Positions 1 to 9,734 of a stretch of DNA of 64,000 bases are shown here, piece by piece. Both the position numbers and the translations under genes were made by a program. Each line of letters begins with the position of its first letter. The stretch's first letter is position 1. The notes below the pieces were generated by a model. That model made no database searches. It saw only the letters and a list, made by a program, of their open reading frames with translations, and was not told the DNA's origin. The DNA is from a virus: positions 135 to 64,134 of IMG/VR virus record IMGVR_UViG_3300036402_000062. One strand, given 5' to 3'.

Positions 1-161
1 GGTCGATCATCAGTGCCACAGACTCGCCGCCGTCTGGGAAGTAGGCGCAACCCGTGCGCAGTTGACCTAGGGCCTTGCGAAGGGCCCGAAGATGCCTGCG
101 CTTCTCGGAGCGGAAGGCGTGGGCGTTCGGGAAGGCGTGTGTCGGGTATTTGACGGAGGTC

Positions 162-344
162 TTAGCCATGGTCGTTTTCCTTGGGTTCGTGAGTGCCATG
201 CACGCCAAGTGCGTCCGCTGCTTGCAGCATCCGCATCTGCTTCCGTGCATTCAGCCAGTCCGCAATCGCTCCGGCGCCGAGGCCGAAAGCGAACACGGCA
301 GCAACGAAACCGACTGCGACGGCGATGGCTTGAATGCCGCTCAT
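162..344 (-). CDS. small hypothetical membrane protein
   Basis: 60-aa ORF with a hydrophobic N-terminal segment; ATGA overlap with the upstream gene stop. Confidence 0.55.
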   Translation of the reverse strand: MSGIQAIAVAVGFVAAVFAFGLGAGAIADWLNARKQMRMLQAADALGVHGTHEPKENDHG

Positions 345-1267
345 GGCTGGCCCCCATCAGACGTTTCCACGCCAGCGGCGGCGAGCCAGATGTTGGAGCC
401 AACCCCTTCGGCGCTGCGGCCATCGGGATACACCTTCACTGGCATTCCCGGCGGCTTGATGTAGACGACCTTCTCGCGCGGGTCCATGTGCGTCACGTCG
501 AACGTCTTGCCGTGGTAGTGCAGGACGAACTTCGTGCCGTCTTTGAACGCCCGCCACAGTTCCAGCGGCGTTGCGTAAGGCAGAGGCTGCGTCTCCGCCA
601 CGCCATCGGCGGCAGCACGGCACGCATCCCACCCGGCCATCCAATCGGCCTCTGACGGCGTGAGCGTGCCAGCACACCAGCGTCGGTATGTCTCTGGCTG
701 CTTCAGCCGCAGCCATTCATGTGACGACGGCACGTTCTCCAGCACCTCGGTGCGGCCGTCCTTGCGGCCCTGTTCGTAATTGGTCCAGTCGGGCTTGAAA
801 GCCTCCGGCACGCCACCGGGCTCCAGCGCTGTGCAATGCACGCAGCGGCTCACCTTGCCGCCCGCACTATCCGGCTCCAGCCTGAACTGGTGCTGGCACG
901 CGGCAGGTATTCCCACGCCAGCAATGCTGTTGAAGCTAGGCAGATTGAGGCAGTCAGGGGACTTGCAGCACTCGCCAGCGGGGCACTGCGGCAGGCCGCA
1001 TGGGACCACCGGCACGCCACAGGGGAAGCGGTCCGCTAGTCCCTTCGCCAGGTCGGCCATGAAGGCGGTTGCAACGTCCCTCGCCGCCTTGACGCTTGCC
1101 ATGTGGTCGTTGGTCGATTCCGCGACGGACTCGATGCATTCCAGCAGTTCCGCAGTCAGGTTGCACAGCGCGCGGAGGTTGCCGAGGCGCCGCTCGTCAA
1201 TGTGCGAATCCCCAACAGGCTCGACTGAGCCGTTTAGCTTCACCACTACGTCGAAGATGTCCATCAC
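341..1267 (-). CDS. hypothetical mosaic phage protein (Cys-rich segments)
   Basis: 308-aa ORF coupled to its neighbours; contains several internal GV-type boundary motifs. Confidence 0.75.
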   Translation of the reverse strand: MMDIFDVVVKLNGSVEPVGDSHIDERRLGNLRALCNLTAELLECIESVAESTNDHMASVKAARDVATAFMADLAKGLADRFPCGVPVVPCGLPQCPAGECCKSPDCLNLPSFNSIAGVGIPAACQHQFRLEPDSAGGKVSRCVHCTALEPGGVPEAFKPDWTNYEQGRKDGRTEVLENVPSSHEWLRLKQPETYRRWCAGTLTPSEADWMAGWDACRAAADGVAETQPLPYATPLELWRAFKDGTKFVLHYHGKTFDVTHMDPREKVVYIKPPGMPVKVYPDGRSAEGVGSNIWLAAAGVETSDGGQP

Positions 1268-1626
1268 GCACCTCCTTTCGGTTGTGCGTCACGACACGGG
1301 GTCACGCCAAGTGCGTCCGGCTGGGCGCGCAAGAAGAATCGCCACAGTGCTTCGACCTTCCTGTCGCGGTATTCAGAAGGAATCTCGATGGTGGGCGTCT
1401 CCCACCGCTTGCTCCAGAACGCGGGGTTGCCCCAGCCGGAAACACGCAGTTCGCTGAACGGCTCGCCACCCTGCATCAAGCTGCACAGCAACTGCTCGAA
1501 GCGTGGGCGCAGTACAGTCTCTTCGACGCGCCGCTTGTTGATGTGCGCAATGTCGTGATGGTGCGGCTCAGCCGCGCCGCAGACGGAGCACGCGAAGGTA
1601 CCTTGAAGCTCGGTGTCGTCGTTCAC
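1264..1626 (-). CDS. hypothetical phage protein
   Basis: Start re-assigned to GTG 1626, which overlaps the upstream stop (GTGA); CxxC motif. Confidence 0.65.
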   Translation of the reverse strand: MNDDTELQGTFACSVCGAAEPHHHDIAHINKRRVEETVLRPRFEQLLCSLMQGGEPFSELRVSGWGNPAFWSKRWETPTIEIPSEYRDRKVEALWRFFLRAQPDALGVTPCRDAQPKGGA

Positions 1627-2144
1627 GGTTGCCCCTTCAAAGGTATTCCCACGCCATCGGCGGCATCGTCCAGCTTCTCCTGTAGTTCGATCACGGCTGT
1701 CTGCGACTCCCGCAGCATCGCGCCGACCTTGTGGCCCTGCAGCCTCCAAGCCTCCAGCACCACGGGGTCAACATCGGACAGCACCTCGGCACGGGTGGCG
1801 GCCCGCTGCGCTTCATCCGACGCCTTCACGCCAGCAGCAACAGCGAGGGTTTCGATGCCTTGCCACAGCTTGTGTTCATCCTCGATGGCGAACAGGCGCA
1901 TCGCCCTCCTGTCGGCCAGCGGGCTCATCGCTCCCTCGGCTGCGACGATGGCGTCGCGCAGCAGCTTGCGTATTTCTGGCAAGGTTGGAACGGCATGCCA
2001 TGCCCAGCGGTCGGCCTTGACTTCGCGCTCCACGGTCTGCTGCATGTCGAGCTGTCGCACCCAATCGTCCGGCACTTCTATTGCTATGAAGACCTTCACG
2101 GCTGCCCCTTCAAAGGTATGCGACATGACGAATATGCGCTTCAC
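1623..2144 (-). CDS. hypothetical phage protein
   Basis: 173-aa ORF, translationally coupled at both ends. Confidence 0.7.
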   Translation of the reverse strand: MKRIFVMSHTFEGAAVKVFIAIEVPDDWVRQLDMQQTVEREVKADRWAWHAVPTLPEIRKLLRDAIVAAEGAMSPLADRRAMRLFAIEDEHKLWQGIETLAVAAGVKASDEAQRAATRAEVLSDVDPVVLEAWRLQGHKVGAMLRESQTAVIELQEKLDDAADGVGIPLKGQP

Positions 2145-2326
2145 CCCTTCACCTCCACATAAGCGCCATAGAACTCGTCTAGCGTGGGGCAGAGGTACTG
2201 CGCCATCGGTGCTCCGTCGTGCCGTTCAACGTAACGGGCGCAGGTTTCGCGCTTTGTGCAGGGGATCTCTCCAGTAGGGCCGGGAAGTAGTCCTAGGCAG
2301 CGGGTGGAGTCGGCGACGAGAGTCAT
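2141..2326 (-). CDS. small Cys-rich hypothetical protein
   Basis: 61-aa ORF with 4-nt overlaps at both ends. Confidence 0.6.
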   Translation of the reverse strand: MTLVADSTRCLGLLPGPTGEIPCTKRETCARYVERHDGAPMAQYLCPTLDEFYGAYVEVKG

Positions 2327-3027
2327 GCCAATCCCATCTGCTCGGGCTGTCGCTGCGGCTCTGCGTCAAATAGCGGGCGCTGGTTGTACGCCTGCTCAAT
2401 GCGGCGGCAGGCAATGTCGAAGTAGCTTTCCTCGCGCTCTATGCCGATGAACTGGCGGCGGCGTTCGGCGGCAGCCACCCCGGTTGTTCCTGAGCCCATG
2501 AACGGGTCGAGGATGCTGTCAGCCTTGGGGCACAGGTCAATCATCCAGCCCATAACCTGTAAAGGCTTCTGGGTAGGGTGGAAACGCTCCTCCATGCCCT
2601 CGCGAATCATCCCGTGCCAACGCCATTGAATGCGCCGGACGGCCATCGGCCAGTTAGTCCACACCAACTCGCAATCCGCATAGGAGTTGTCGCCATTCAG
2701 CTTGTCCCAGACAAGCCAGCAACTGGATGGAGGAAAATTGAAGTAGTTCCCACCGAAGATTGCCGCCCAGCGCCCCTGCTTGACAACCATCTCCACCAGA
2801 ACTGATGCTGGGCGCGCCCGATCCCAGTCCGAGGGAGCGTAGGATTTTCTTGCGACTCTGCGGCTGCCATGCCCGGACACGCGCCCAGAGTCAGCGCTCA
2901 TGGAGTTCGCCACATCAATCCCATACGGCGGGTCCGTCACCACCGCATCCACCTTTGGCAGCGTCGGTAGGATCTCCATGCAATCCCCGAGATACAGCGT
3001 CGCGTCGCCAATGACTTCCTTACGCAT
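2323..3027 (-). CDS. orphan DNA amino-methyltransferase (N6-A/N4-C, beta class)
   Basis: LYLGDCMEIL start, catalytic DPPY precedes SAM-binding DPFMGSGTTG, HPTQKP motif; start set at ATG 3027. Confidence 0.92.
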   Translation of the reverse strand: MRKEVIGDATLYLGDCMEILPTLPKVDAVVTDPPYGIDVANSMSADSGRVSGHGSRRVARKSYAPSDWDRARPASVLVEMVVKQGRWAAIFGGNYFNFPPSSCWLVWDKLNGDNSYADCELVWTNWPMAVRRIQWRWHGMIREGMEERFHPTQKPLQVMGWMIDLCPKADSILDPFMGSGTTGVAAAERRRQFIGIEREESYFDIACRRIEQAYNQRPLFDAEPQRQPEQMGLA

Positions 3028-3333
3028 CAGCGGCCACCTTTCGCCGTTCCTCGATTTCCTTGCGGATTCGTCGGCCAAGTCCATCCAAGTGCCACGGCTC
3101 GCCCTTCTCGTAAAAATCCGCTGCGCTCATCGCGTACACCGTGTCTGCCTGGTCCAGAAGCTGCAGGCAGTACGCCAGCATTTCCTTGCGGCGTTCCTCG
3201 CGGGTAATACAGCCGCTCGCCGGTCGAGCCGTGGTGTCCATTGCGGTACGTCACCTTGGGGTTGCGCTGGACACTGGCCCGAAAGCGGCGATTGAACACC
3301 GCGTCCTCGAACGCCTTGCGGGTGTTGTCGTGG

Positions 3334-3675
3334 TCAGCCACGGTCGTTCTCCTGTTGTGCGTCACGACACGGGGCCACGTCATCGGGCAGCACGCCAGCG
3401 GCGGCCTGCCAGACGGCCACGAGGTCGTCGGCTTCCATGTGCATGGCGTGGCCTTCGATCAAGTCGTCCGCCACGCCGGGATTGCAGTTCGGCATCGCAG
3501 CCACAGCAGCCCGAATGATGGCCTCGCGCTGGAGAGCCGATGCACCCACAGCCACGCCAGCAGGCGCTTTTGCCGGAGGCCACTGATTGCGCTCCACGCC
3601 GCAGGCGCAGGCCGGCCAAGAGCACTTCCCCTTGGCATAGCCACGATCGCATTTCGTCGCCGGGTGTTCGCTCAT
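3334..3675 (-). CDS. hypothetical phage protein
   Basis: ORF from MSEHPATKC with Cys cluster; ends in the shared APCRDAQ boundary motif. Confidence 0.6.
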   Translation of the reverse strand: MSEHPATKCDRGYAKGKCSWPACACGVERNQWPPAKAPAGVAVGASALQREAIIRAAVAAMPNCNPGVADDLIEGHAMHMEADDLVAVWQAAAGVLPDDVAPCRDAQQENDRG

Positions 3676-3816
3676 TGCCCGCTGGGCGCGACGCTGCGCG
3701 TTGTAGGCCAGTGCGGCGAGCACCGGCAACTTACCGCGTGGCACAGGTCAATCATGGCTAACACCGCGCGCGCGGCCGCCGCGAACACCAGCAGCAGCGC
3801 GAACCAGAGGAGGCGC

Positions 3817-4263
3817 TTACATATCTGCATCACTGCCCCTCGCCTGCGTCAGCGTGTCGCGCGGTTTCGCTTCGCCATCAAGCACCCCCACGCCAGAAGT
3901 GGGCGATGTGTCTCTCGGGTCGCATAGCCCGGCGCAGGTATCCATCGCCTTGCACGCTTCCTTGTTCGGACAGGTGCCGGTAGCGGCTGGCACGTTACGG
4001 AACAGTGAGCTGCACGCTCCGCAGCCCATGTCCATACAGCGGGCGCAGCCGGGCGCTTCGGGCCCCTTCACGCCAGCAGCGGCGCGGGTGTTCCATTTGG
4101 CGAAGTCGCCCGCGCTCTCGAAGATGACGAACGGATCGCCCAGCCCTACAGCGGACAGAACGCAGTCGCTGGTCGGGTGCTGATACCAGCTGTCGCCCTC
4201 GCGGCGCGGCTCGTAGCGCACCAGTGATGTGCCGCAGAACGGGCACGGTTTCAGTTCAACCAT
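3817..4263 (-). CDS. Lar (restriction alleviation)-like Zn-ribbon protein
   Basis: N-terminal ELKPCPFCG and later KWNTRA motif typical of the Lar family; start ATG 4263. Confidence 0.65.
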   Translation of the reverse strand: MVELKPCPFCGTSLVRYEPRREGDSWYQHPTSDCVLSAVGLGDPFVIFESAGDFAKWNTRAAAGVKGPEAPGCARCMDMGCGACSSLFRNVPAATGTCPNKEACKAMDTCAGLCDPRDTSPTSGVGVLDGEAKPRDTLTQARGSDADM

Positions 4264-4597
4264 GCTGGCCTCCATCAATCGGTGCCACGCCACGGGGCAC
4301 CCACGATTCGTATTCGGCATGGCCCATCGCAATCAGGACTGCCGGCGGCTGGTCGGGCACACTCGTCACGTAGGACCGTCGGTTCTGCGGCAGCGCCGCA
4401 TTGAAGCAGGACGGGCACACTTGGTACGGTGGCAACCAGTCCGCGCAGGTCTTCACCTCTCCGCAACAGGAGCACCAGCCGCGCGCCCTGCCGTACTGTC
4501 TGAAGTTGGCGTTCAGCGCGACGGTGGCAAAAGCGTCGCGCTTGCCCATGACCTCGCGCATACGCTCAATCGTGATGCGGGGGAAGTCACTTTCCAT
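4256..4597 (-). CDS. hypothetical Zn-finger protein
   Basis: CSCC and CPSC motifs; coupled overlaps. Confidence 0.6.
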   Translation of the reverse strand: MESDFPRITIERMREVMGKRDAFATVALNANFRQYGRARGWCSCCGEVKTCADWLPPYQVCPSCFNAALPQNRRSYVTSVPDQPPAVLIAMGHAEYESWVPRGVAPIDGGQHG

Positions 4598-4868
4598 GCT
4601 GTGCTCCATCAGGTAATGCCACGCCAGCAGCGGCATCGTCCAGCGCGTAGGGCCACACCGGGTCTTTCACTTCGCGGGCGGTCAGTTCGACGGCGTTGCG
4701 CACCGCCTTCGTCATTGCCTCGCGTGCGCAGCGGTCGAAGTCGTCTTCGTTCTTGCCCTGCGCGTGGAAGTAGCGGTAAGCCTGCGTGATGGCCGGCAGG
4801 CAGGTCATGGTCGCGTGGAAGATCGCGTCGGCCTCGATCTTGGGGATGTTCGGCTCAGCCACGGTCAA
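4587..4868 (-). CDS. hypothetical phage protein
   Basis: 93-aa ORF in operon; ends in AAAGVALPDGAQHG boundary motif. Confidence 0.65.
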   Translation of the reverse strand: MTVAEPNIPKIEADAIFHATMTCLPAITQAYRYFHAQGKNEDDFDRCAREAMTKAVRNAVELTAREVKDPVWPYALDDAAAGVALPDGAQHGK

Positions 4869-5280
4869 CCTCCTTCACGCCACGGGGAACCCACGACAGG
4901 TACTCCGCGTCGCCAGCAGCGCCGGAGCCGCGCTTGTAGAGGCACCGCTCCGGGTAGCCGGTGTTGCAGGGTTCGCAGATCGCATAGCCGGGGCTGATGC
5001 GCCGCGCCTCCAAGCAGTTCAGGTGGCTGGTGTCGGCATCCACCATCACGCCACGGGTGGCCGGCTGCGCTTCGTTAATCGGCTCGGAAGCCGCGCCAGT
5101 GCTGGGTTTAGGGGTGGCCGGCTGCACGCTAGGAATGGAGGCCAGCGTGGCGATGGCCGCATCGAGATTGACGAGCGCTGTGCCGTTCTCCTCCTCGGCT
5201 TTGATGCCCATTGCGATAAGCCTGTTGCGAACAAGGCCCAGCGCCAGCAGCGCCCAACTAATTGTCGGAACTGCGTTCAT
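4855..5280 (-). CDS. hypothetical phage protein
   Basis: Start ATG 5280 overlaps the upstream stop. Confidence 0.6.
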   Translation of the reverse strand: MNAVPTISWALLALGLVRNRLIAMGIKAEEENGTALVNLDAAIATLASIPSVQPATPKPSTGAASEPINEAQPATRGVMVDADTSHLNCLEARRISPGYAICEPCNTGYPERCLYKRGSGAAGDAEYLSWVPRGVKEVDRG

Positions 5281-5882
5281 GCGGCCGCCTTTGCTGCCGG
5301 GACGGGTACGCTCTCGCGCAGCGCCTTGATCCACTGGTTGCGGCCCTCGGTGCGCGCGACCTCTTCGGCGTGCATGCGCTCGTACGTGGCGAGCATCCGC
5401 CGGTGCTGTTCGAACTGCCTTGCGATCCAGACCGCCGGATCCAGCCGCTCGGGCTGCGGCCCGACACCGCAATCGAACCGCATGCTCTCGTTCAGCTGCT
5501 GCAGCATGAAGTCGCGCAGGCCAACGTGTTCGGCCGTCGGCGGCGTCCAGGCTTCCGCTTGCGCGAGCATCGCTGCGTACTTCTCGCGCAGTGTGTCCGC
5601 AGCAGCGAGCCGCTTTCGCCAGCTCGCCAGGGCCACTTCGTGGGCGGCGGCCGCGGCGATGGCGACCTCTTCGGCCGTCATGCCATCCAGCAGCGTGATC
5701 TGCGCGCGGGCTTCGTCAGCCGACTTCTGATAGCTGCCGCTCGGCTCGAAGCGCTCGGGAATGGCGGCGCCGGACGGCGCGTCGCGCAGCAGCACGAGAG
5801 CGCCGAATGCGCGGGCGCAGTTCCAGACGAACTGATCGAAGCTGATGCCGTCAGCGATGTCGGCGGTGTATCCGGTGGGCAT
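5277..5882 (-). CDS. conserved phage hypothetical protein (MPTGYT family)
   Basis: 201-aa ORF with RBS; MPTGYTA..I..G.SF..F...CARAFG start recognised from other phages. Confidence 0.8.
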   Translation of the reverse strand: MPTGYTADIADGISFDQFVWNCARAFGALVLLRDAPSGAAIPERFEPSGSYQKSADEARAQITLLDGMTAEEVAIAAAAAHEVALASWRKRLAAADTLREKYAAMLAQAEAWTPPTAEHVGLRDFMLQQLNESMRFDCGVGPQPERLDPAVWIARQFEQHRRMLATYERMHAEEVARTEGRNQWIKALRESVPVPAAKAAA

Positions 5883-5892
5883 GGTGTGTCCT

Positions 5893-7899
5893 TCAGGCGG
5901 CTTTCGCCAACTGGTCCCGAACCTTCGTCAGGTGCTGGATGGCGGCGGTGAGGATCAGGGGCAGGTCCGCCTGGTGATACAGCTTCGCGGCGCCTTCACG
6001 GCCAGCCGGCGGAAAGCCGAGCGCCTCCAGGCCTGCGGCGTCGATCTGGAAGGGATGGAGGTGGTCGCGAATGTCGCCGAGCTTCAGCGTCGGCGGGCCG
6101 GAGGGCGCGGCCGGCGCGCGGGTGGGCATGGGGATGACGGCAGGGCCGGCAACCGCCGCGAGCACGGGCGTTTGCGGCTGGTGCGGCTGGACGGCGCGCG
6201 CTTCGGCATCCGAGACAGTCTGCTGCTGGCGCTCCTGCTCCGCGCGCGCCGCGGCTTGCTCGCGCTCCACCGCGTCCGCGTGTGCGATCTCCAGCTGCTC
6301 CAACCGGGTGACGCGTGCCTGCGCAGCTTCGGCGACACGGTCGTCCAGCAGGGCCTCGGTCAGCGTGCAGGACTGCAGCGTGCGGATGGCTCTGGCGATG
6401 TTCTCGCTGTCGGTCACCCCGGCGCCGGCCGTCTTGATCCCGTCGATGCGGGCCTGCACTTGGGCCCGCCGCTCCTGCTGCTGGCGCGCGCGCTCCTCTT
6501 CTTCCTGCCGGATGCGCGCGCGCTCCGCATCGAGCCGGCGTTCCTCCGCCGCCCGGTGCTCCCCGATCCTGCTGGTGATCACCGCCAAGCAGTCGTCCGG
6601 CGCCTTCAGCACCACGATGGCCGTGTCGGCGAACAGGAAGGCATGCTCGCTGGCCAGCTCGCGCAGCGCCTTCAGGTTCGCGTCGACCCGGTCGGCTATT
6701 TCGTTCGCGACGATCTTCGCGCGTGCCAGCTCGGTCGCCACGCGGTCTTCCATGCTGGCCAGCGACTTCATGCCCTTGATGCAGCCGCCGAAGTCGGCCT
6801 GGACGGTGGGCATGTAGGCTTTGCCCAGCCGCTTGTTCAGGGCAGCGATGTGGTCGGCCAGCGCCTTCACCCCGCCGGCCACGATCTCGCCGCGGCGGCG
6901 CTCCTTCTCGGACGCCATCAGCTTTTCGGACAGCAGCCGGTTGTCGCGCACCAGCGCCTTCAACATGTCCTTGCGGCGCTTCTTCTGGCTGACGGTTTCG
7001 ATCTGCGCGATCCAGCTGTCCTCGGCGTTGTCGAGCGCGGCCTCAGCACCCTTCATCGCCTTGATCTGCATCTCGAGGTCAGCGAACTGCTGATCGGTTC
7101 GCGGTTCGCGGATCAGCCGGTGTTCCAAGAAGTCGCGCATCGCGACCTCGAAGGCGTCGAAGTTCTCGTGGATGACGATGCTGCCTTCGACCTTGACGGA
7201 CACGGAAGGCAGGGCCTGCACGGGCTCGGCAACGATCTTCTCGACGGCGGACGCGGCGGGCGGGACGTAGGCGGCCAGGTCGGTGGCGAACTGCTTCCAG
7301 CCGGCCAGGATCTCCGCCCGCAGCGCCCGGTCGCTGTTGTAGAAGGCGTGCCGCTCCTCGGTCACGTTGCCGTCGGCATCGAACTGGCACGCCGAGAACA
7401 GCGTCCGCGTCGCGCCGGTCACCATCTGCTGCTGCTCCAGCTGCGTGCGGTAACCCTTGGGCAGCTGCCGTGCGTCATTTCGTGCATGGCTGTCGCGGCC
7501 GGTGTGGGGCAGGGCGGCGCGCAGTGCTTCGTTGGCGGACTTGCATTCGCCGAGCGTGTCCTCCATGAACGTGACCGCGTCGAGGGACGCGCCCAGCGGC
7601 CGGGACAGGCCGACGTCCAGCGATCCGGACAGCACCTGCAGGTCCTCGCCCAGGATCTGCTCCGCGATCGGGCGCCAGAGCGCCTCAATCCGGTGTCCGG
7701 GGTTGATCACCTTCTCCTGCACGTAGTCGCTGAACTCGCGCTCGATGCCGGTGTGCAGCTCCTCCAGCAGCTGGGTGCGGGTCTTCCCGCTCGGGTGGCA
7801 CCCGAGCATGGCGGAGGCGTCGCCTGCGTTGAAGCAGCGCGCGCGGCGGGCGTGCCAAGCTGCGCTTCCCGGCTCGTCGGTGTAGCGGGTCATCGCCAT
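5893..7899 (-). CDS. YqaJ-like viral recombinase exonuclease with long coiled-coil extension
   Basis: WHARRARCFNAGDASAMLG, GHRIEALWR, GASLDA, ECK and YRTQLEQQQ motifs of the lambda-exo/YqaJ fold; adjacent to RecT-like gene. Confidence 0.88.
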   Translation of the reverse strand: MAMTRYTDEPGSAAWHARRARCFNAGDASAMLGCHPSGKTRTQLLEELHTGIEREFSDYVQEKVINPGHRIEALWRPIAEQILGEDLQVLSGSLDVGLSRPLGASLDAVTFMEDTLGECKSANEALRAALPHTGRDSHARNDARQLPKGYRTQLEQQQMVTGATRTLFSACQFDADGNVTEERHAFYNSDRALRAEILAGWKQFATDLAAYVPPAASAVEKIVAEPVQALPSVSVKVEGSIVIHENFDAFEVAMRDFLEHRLIREPRTDQQFADLEMQIKAMKGAEAALDNAEDSWIAQIETVSQKKRRKDMLKALVRDNRLLSEKLMASEKERRRGEIVAGGVKALADHIAALNKRLGKAYMPTVQADFGGCIKGMKSLASMEDRVATELARAKIVANEIADRVDANLKALRELASEHAFLFADTAIVVLKAPDDCLAVITSRIGEHRAAEERRLDAERARIRQEEEERARQQQERRAQVQARIDGIKTAGAGVTDSENIARAIRTLQSCTLTEALLDDRVAEAAQARVTRLEQLEIAHADAVEREQAAARAEQERQQQTVSDAEARAVQPHQPQTPVLAAVAGPAVIPMPTRAPAAPSGPPTLKLGDIRDHLHPFQIDAAGLEALGFPPAGREGAAKLYHQADLPLILTAAIQHLTKVRDQLAKAA

Positions 7900-7902
7900 G
7901 GC

Positions 7903-9081
7903 TCAAGCCCCCTTCGTGAGTTCGGCGCGGCGGGCTTCGGCCTTGCCGAACAGCTCGTTGCGCTGCTCGCCATCCAGGATGGCGGGGATGAGCGTCTCGG
8001 CTTCATCGAGCTGCTCGGTGGTGGCCGCCTTGGCGATGCGATCCGCCACCTGGGCATAGGTCACCTGCGGCGCGCCCTGGTCCTTCGGCTGCACGTCGGT
8101 GACTTGCTGGCCGGCGGCTGCCTGGGCATCGGCCCCCGGCTTCTTCAACGCCCGGATCTTGGTTTCCTGGTCGGCGGTCAGGTGCCGCTTGGACTTCACG
8201 AAAGCGACGATGTCGTCGTGCGACTTGCCGGCAACCAGGTAGCCCTGGTAGATCGGCAGCCGCTTCTCGAAGTCGGCGTCGCTGTCGGCCGGTTGCTGCG
8301 CGCCGGTCTTGGTGTCGCCCGAGGCTGCGGCCGCCGCCGGGCCGGCGGGCTGCACAACATCGGCCGGCCCCATGTGCCGCTCCATCGGCGGGCCTCCCTC
8401 CAGCTCCTCCGGGGTGTAGACGCCGAGGATGGCGCCGGGGGAATTCAGCCGGCCCCACTTGCGCACTGCAAGGTAGCAAAGCTGCTGAAAGGGGTCCGTG
8501 GCCCATTGCGTCGAAAAGCGGGGGTACGCCTGCGACATCATCACGCGCAGCTCGCGCGGGGAAGACTCGCCGCTCAGCGTGGCGCGGACGATGACGCCCA
8601 GGCCTTCTTCGTCCTTTTTCGTGTAGGTGGCAGCGAACCACTTGCCGCCTTCGGTGCCGTCCGGCCGTGCCTTGCCCTGCCGCTCTTCCACCTTGCCCAA
8701 CACCTTGGACCAGTCGCCGATGGCCTCGTACTCGGGTTCGCGCTTGATCGCGCCGGTGCTCACCAGGATGGCGCTCACCAGCTGTGCCTCATAGCCGAGG
8801 GCTCCGCTCTGCGACATGTGCGTCTTCTGCGCAACCGCGAAGGGGTTCATGCGCCAGCCCAGCGCCTGGATCGTGATGGCCATGCAGTCGCCCATGTTCC
8901 CGCGCAGGTGCTTCGGCACGGACACGGAGCCGGTCGACATCAGCTTTGCGAATGACTGCACGCGGTCGAAGGCCGGGCCGAGGATCAGCGCGGCTGCGTC
9001 ATTGACCTGTCCGACCTCGTACGACTGGGGTTCGTGGATGGCGAGAGCGCCGCTCTCGGCTCGCTGGGTGGGTGCGTTCAT
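7903..9081 (-). CDS. recT: RecT-family single-strand annealing protein
   Basis: HLRGNMGDCMAITIQALGWRMNPFAVAQKTH...GYEAQLV motif; start ATG 9081 with RBS. Confidence 0.8.
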   Translation of the reverse strand: MNAPTQRAESGALAIHEPQSYEVGQVNDAAALILGPAFDRVQSFAKLMSTGSVSVPKHLRGNMGDCMAITIQALGWRMNPFAVAQKTHMSQSGALGYEAQLVSAILVSTGAIKREPEYEAIGDWSKVLGKVEERQGKARPDGTEGGKWFAATYTKKDEEGLGVIVRATLSGESSPRELRVMMSQAYPRFSTQWATDPFQQLCYLAVRKWGRLNSPGAILGVYTPEELEGGPPMERHMGPADVVQPAGPAAAAASGDTKTGAQQPADSDADFEKRLPIYQGYLVAGKSHDDIVAFVKSKRHLTADQETKIRALKKPGADAQAAAGQQVTDVQPKDQGAPQVTYAQVADRIAKAATTEQLDEAETLIPAILDGEQRNELFGKAEARRAELTKGA

Positions 9082-9089
9082 GTTCTCTT

Positions 9090-9344
9090 TCAGGTGAGGA
9101 AGTGCCGTGCGAGAGCCACGGCGAAGAAAATCAGGCCGGGCACGGCAAGGCATGCGCCGACCAGGACAGGGCGGCTGATGGAGGGAAGGCGAGGCCTGGG
9201 CGGTTCGAGCTCCGGGTCCGGCACCTCGCAGGCCTGCGCGCTGATGCAGCGCCCATTGCTGCAGAACGAGCACAGGGAGCTGGTGACGCCGTGGCTCACC
9301 TTCTCGCCGCCAGGACAGAAGCGGACGGCGAAAACGTCAAGCAC
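9090..9344 (-). CDS. small membrane protein
   Basis: C-terminal hydrophobic helix; start uncertain (possibly GTG near 9296). Confidence 0.5.
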   Translation of the reverse strand: MLDVFAVRFCPGGEKVSHGVTSSLCSFCSNGRCISAQACEVPDPELEPPRPRLPSISRPVLVGACLAVPGLIFFAVALARHFLT

Positions 9345-9558
9345 GGCAGCGCTCCTGAACTTCCGCGATTTCGGCCAGCACGGTCGGCATGCCCGGGTGC
9401 TGCGGATGCATGCATTCGTGCAACCACCTCAACCAAACCAGCAGCAGCGGCGCGGGCAGGAAGCCGGTGAGCATCAGGATGGACACGGCGAAGCGCTGGC
9501 ACCAGGTGCCGAAGCGGCGGACGCGCGTGATGAACGGGCGGCGCATCACAGCGGCCAA
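9337..9558 (-). CDS. small membrane protein
   Basis: 73 aa with hydrophobic stretch; overlapping neighbours. Confidence 0.5.
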   Translation of the reverse strand: MAAVMRRPFITRVRRFGTWCQRFAVSILMLTGFLPAPLLLVWLRWLHECMHPQHPGMPTVLAEIAEVQERCRA

Positions 9559-9734
9559 CTCACATCGACGCCACTACCCTGCAGGATCATCCCCAGCACG
9601 ATCAGCACCAGGATGGCGGTGAGAGCGCGGCCGACGGGAGACTCCAGCGCGTCAACGGTTGCGCGGCGGCAGGCTTCGCAGTTACGGCCTTGGTTGTTGC
9701 CAACATCTATGCGGGTCATGTGGCGGGACTTCAT
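9546..9734 (-). CDS. small membrane protein
   Basis: 62 aa, CxxC plus hydrophobic helix; ATGA overlap. Confidence 0.55.
   Translation of the reverse strand: MKSRHMTRIDVGNNQGRNCEACRRATVDALESPVGRALTAILVLIVLGMILQGSGVDVSWPL

Noticed and set aside
1-169. Exact circular join of position 64000 to position 1
   Set aside because: A minus-strand ORF from ATG 169 runs off the window. Joining the ends gives a short plausible tail but no RBS for the 63997 GTG, so the join cannot be shown from the window alone.
5845-8955. 1036-aa plus-strand ORF
   Set aside because: Antisense shadow of the YqaJ and RecT genes in GC-rich DNA; no motifs.
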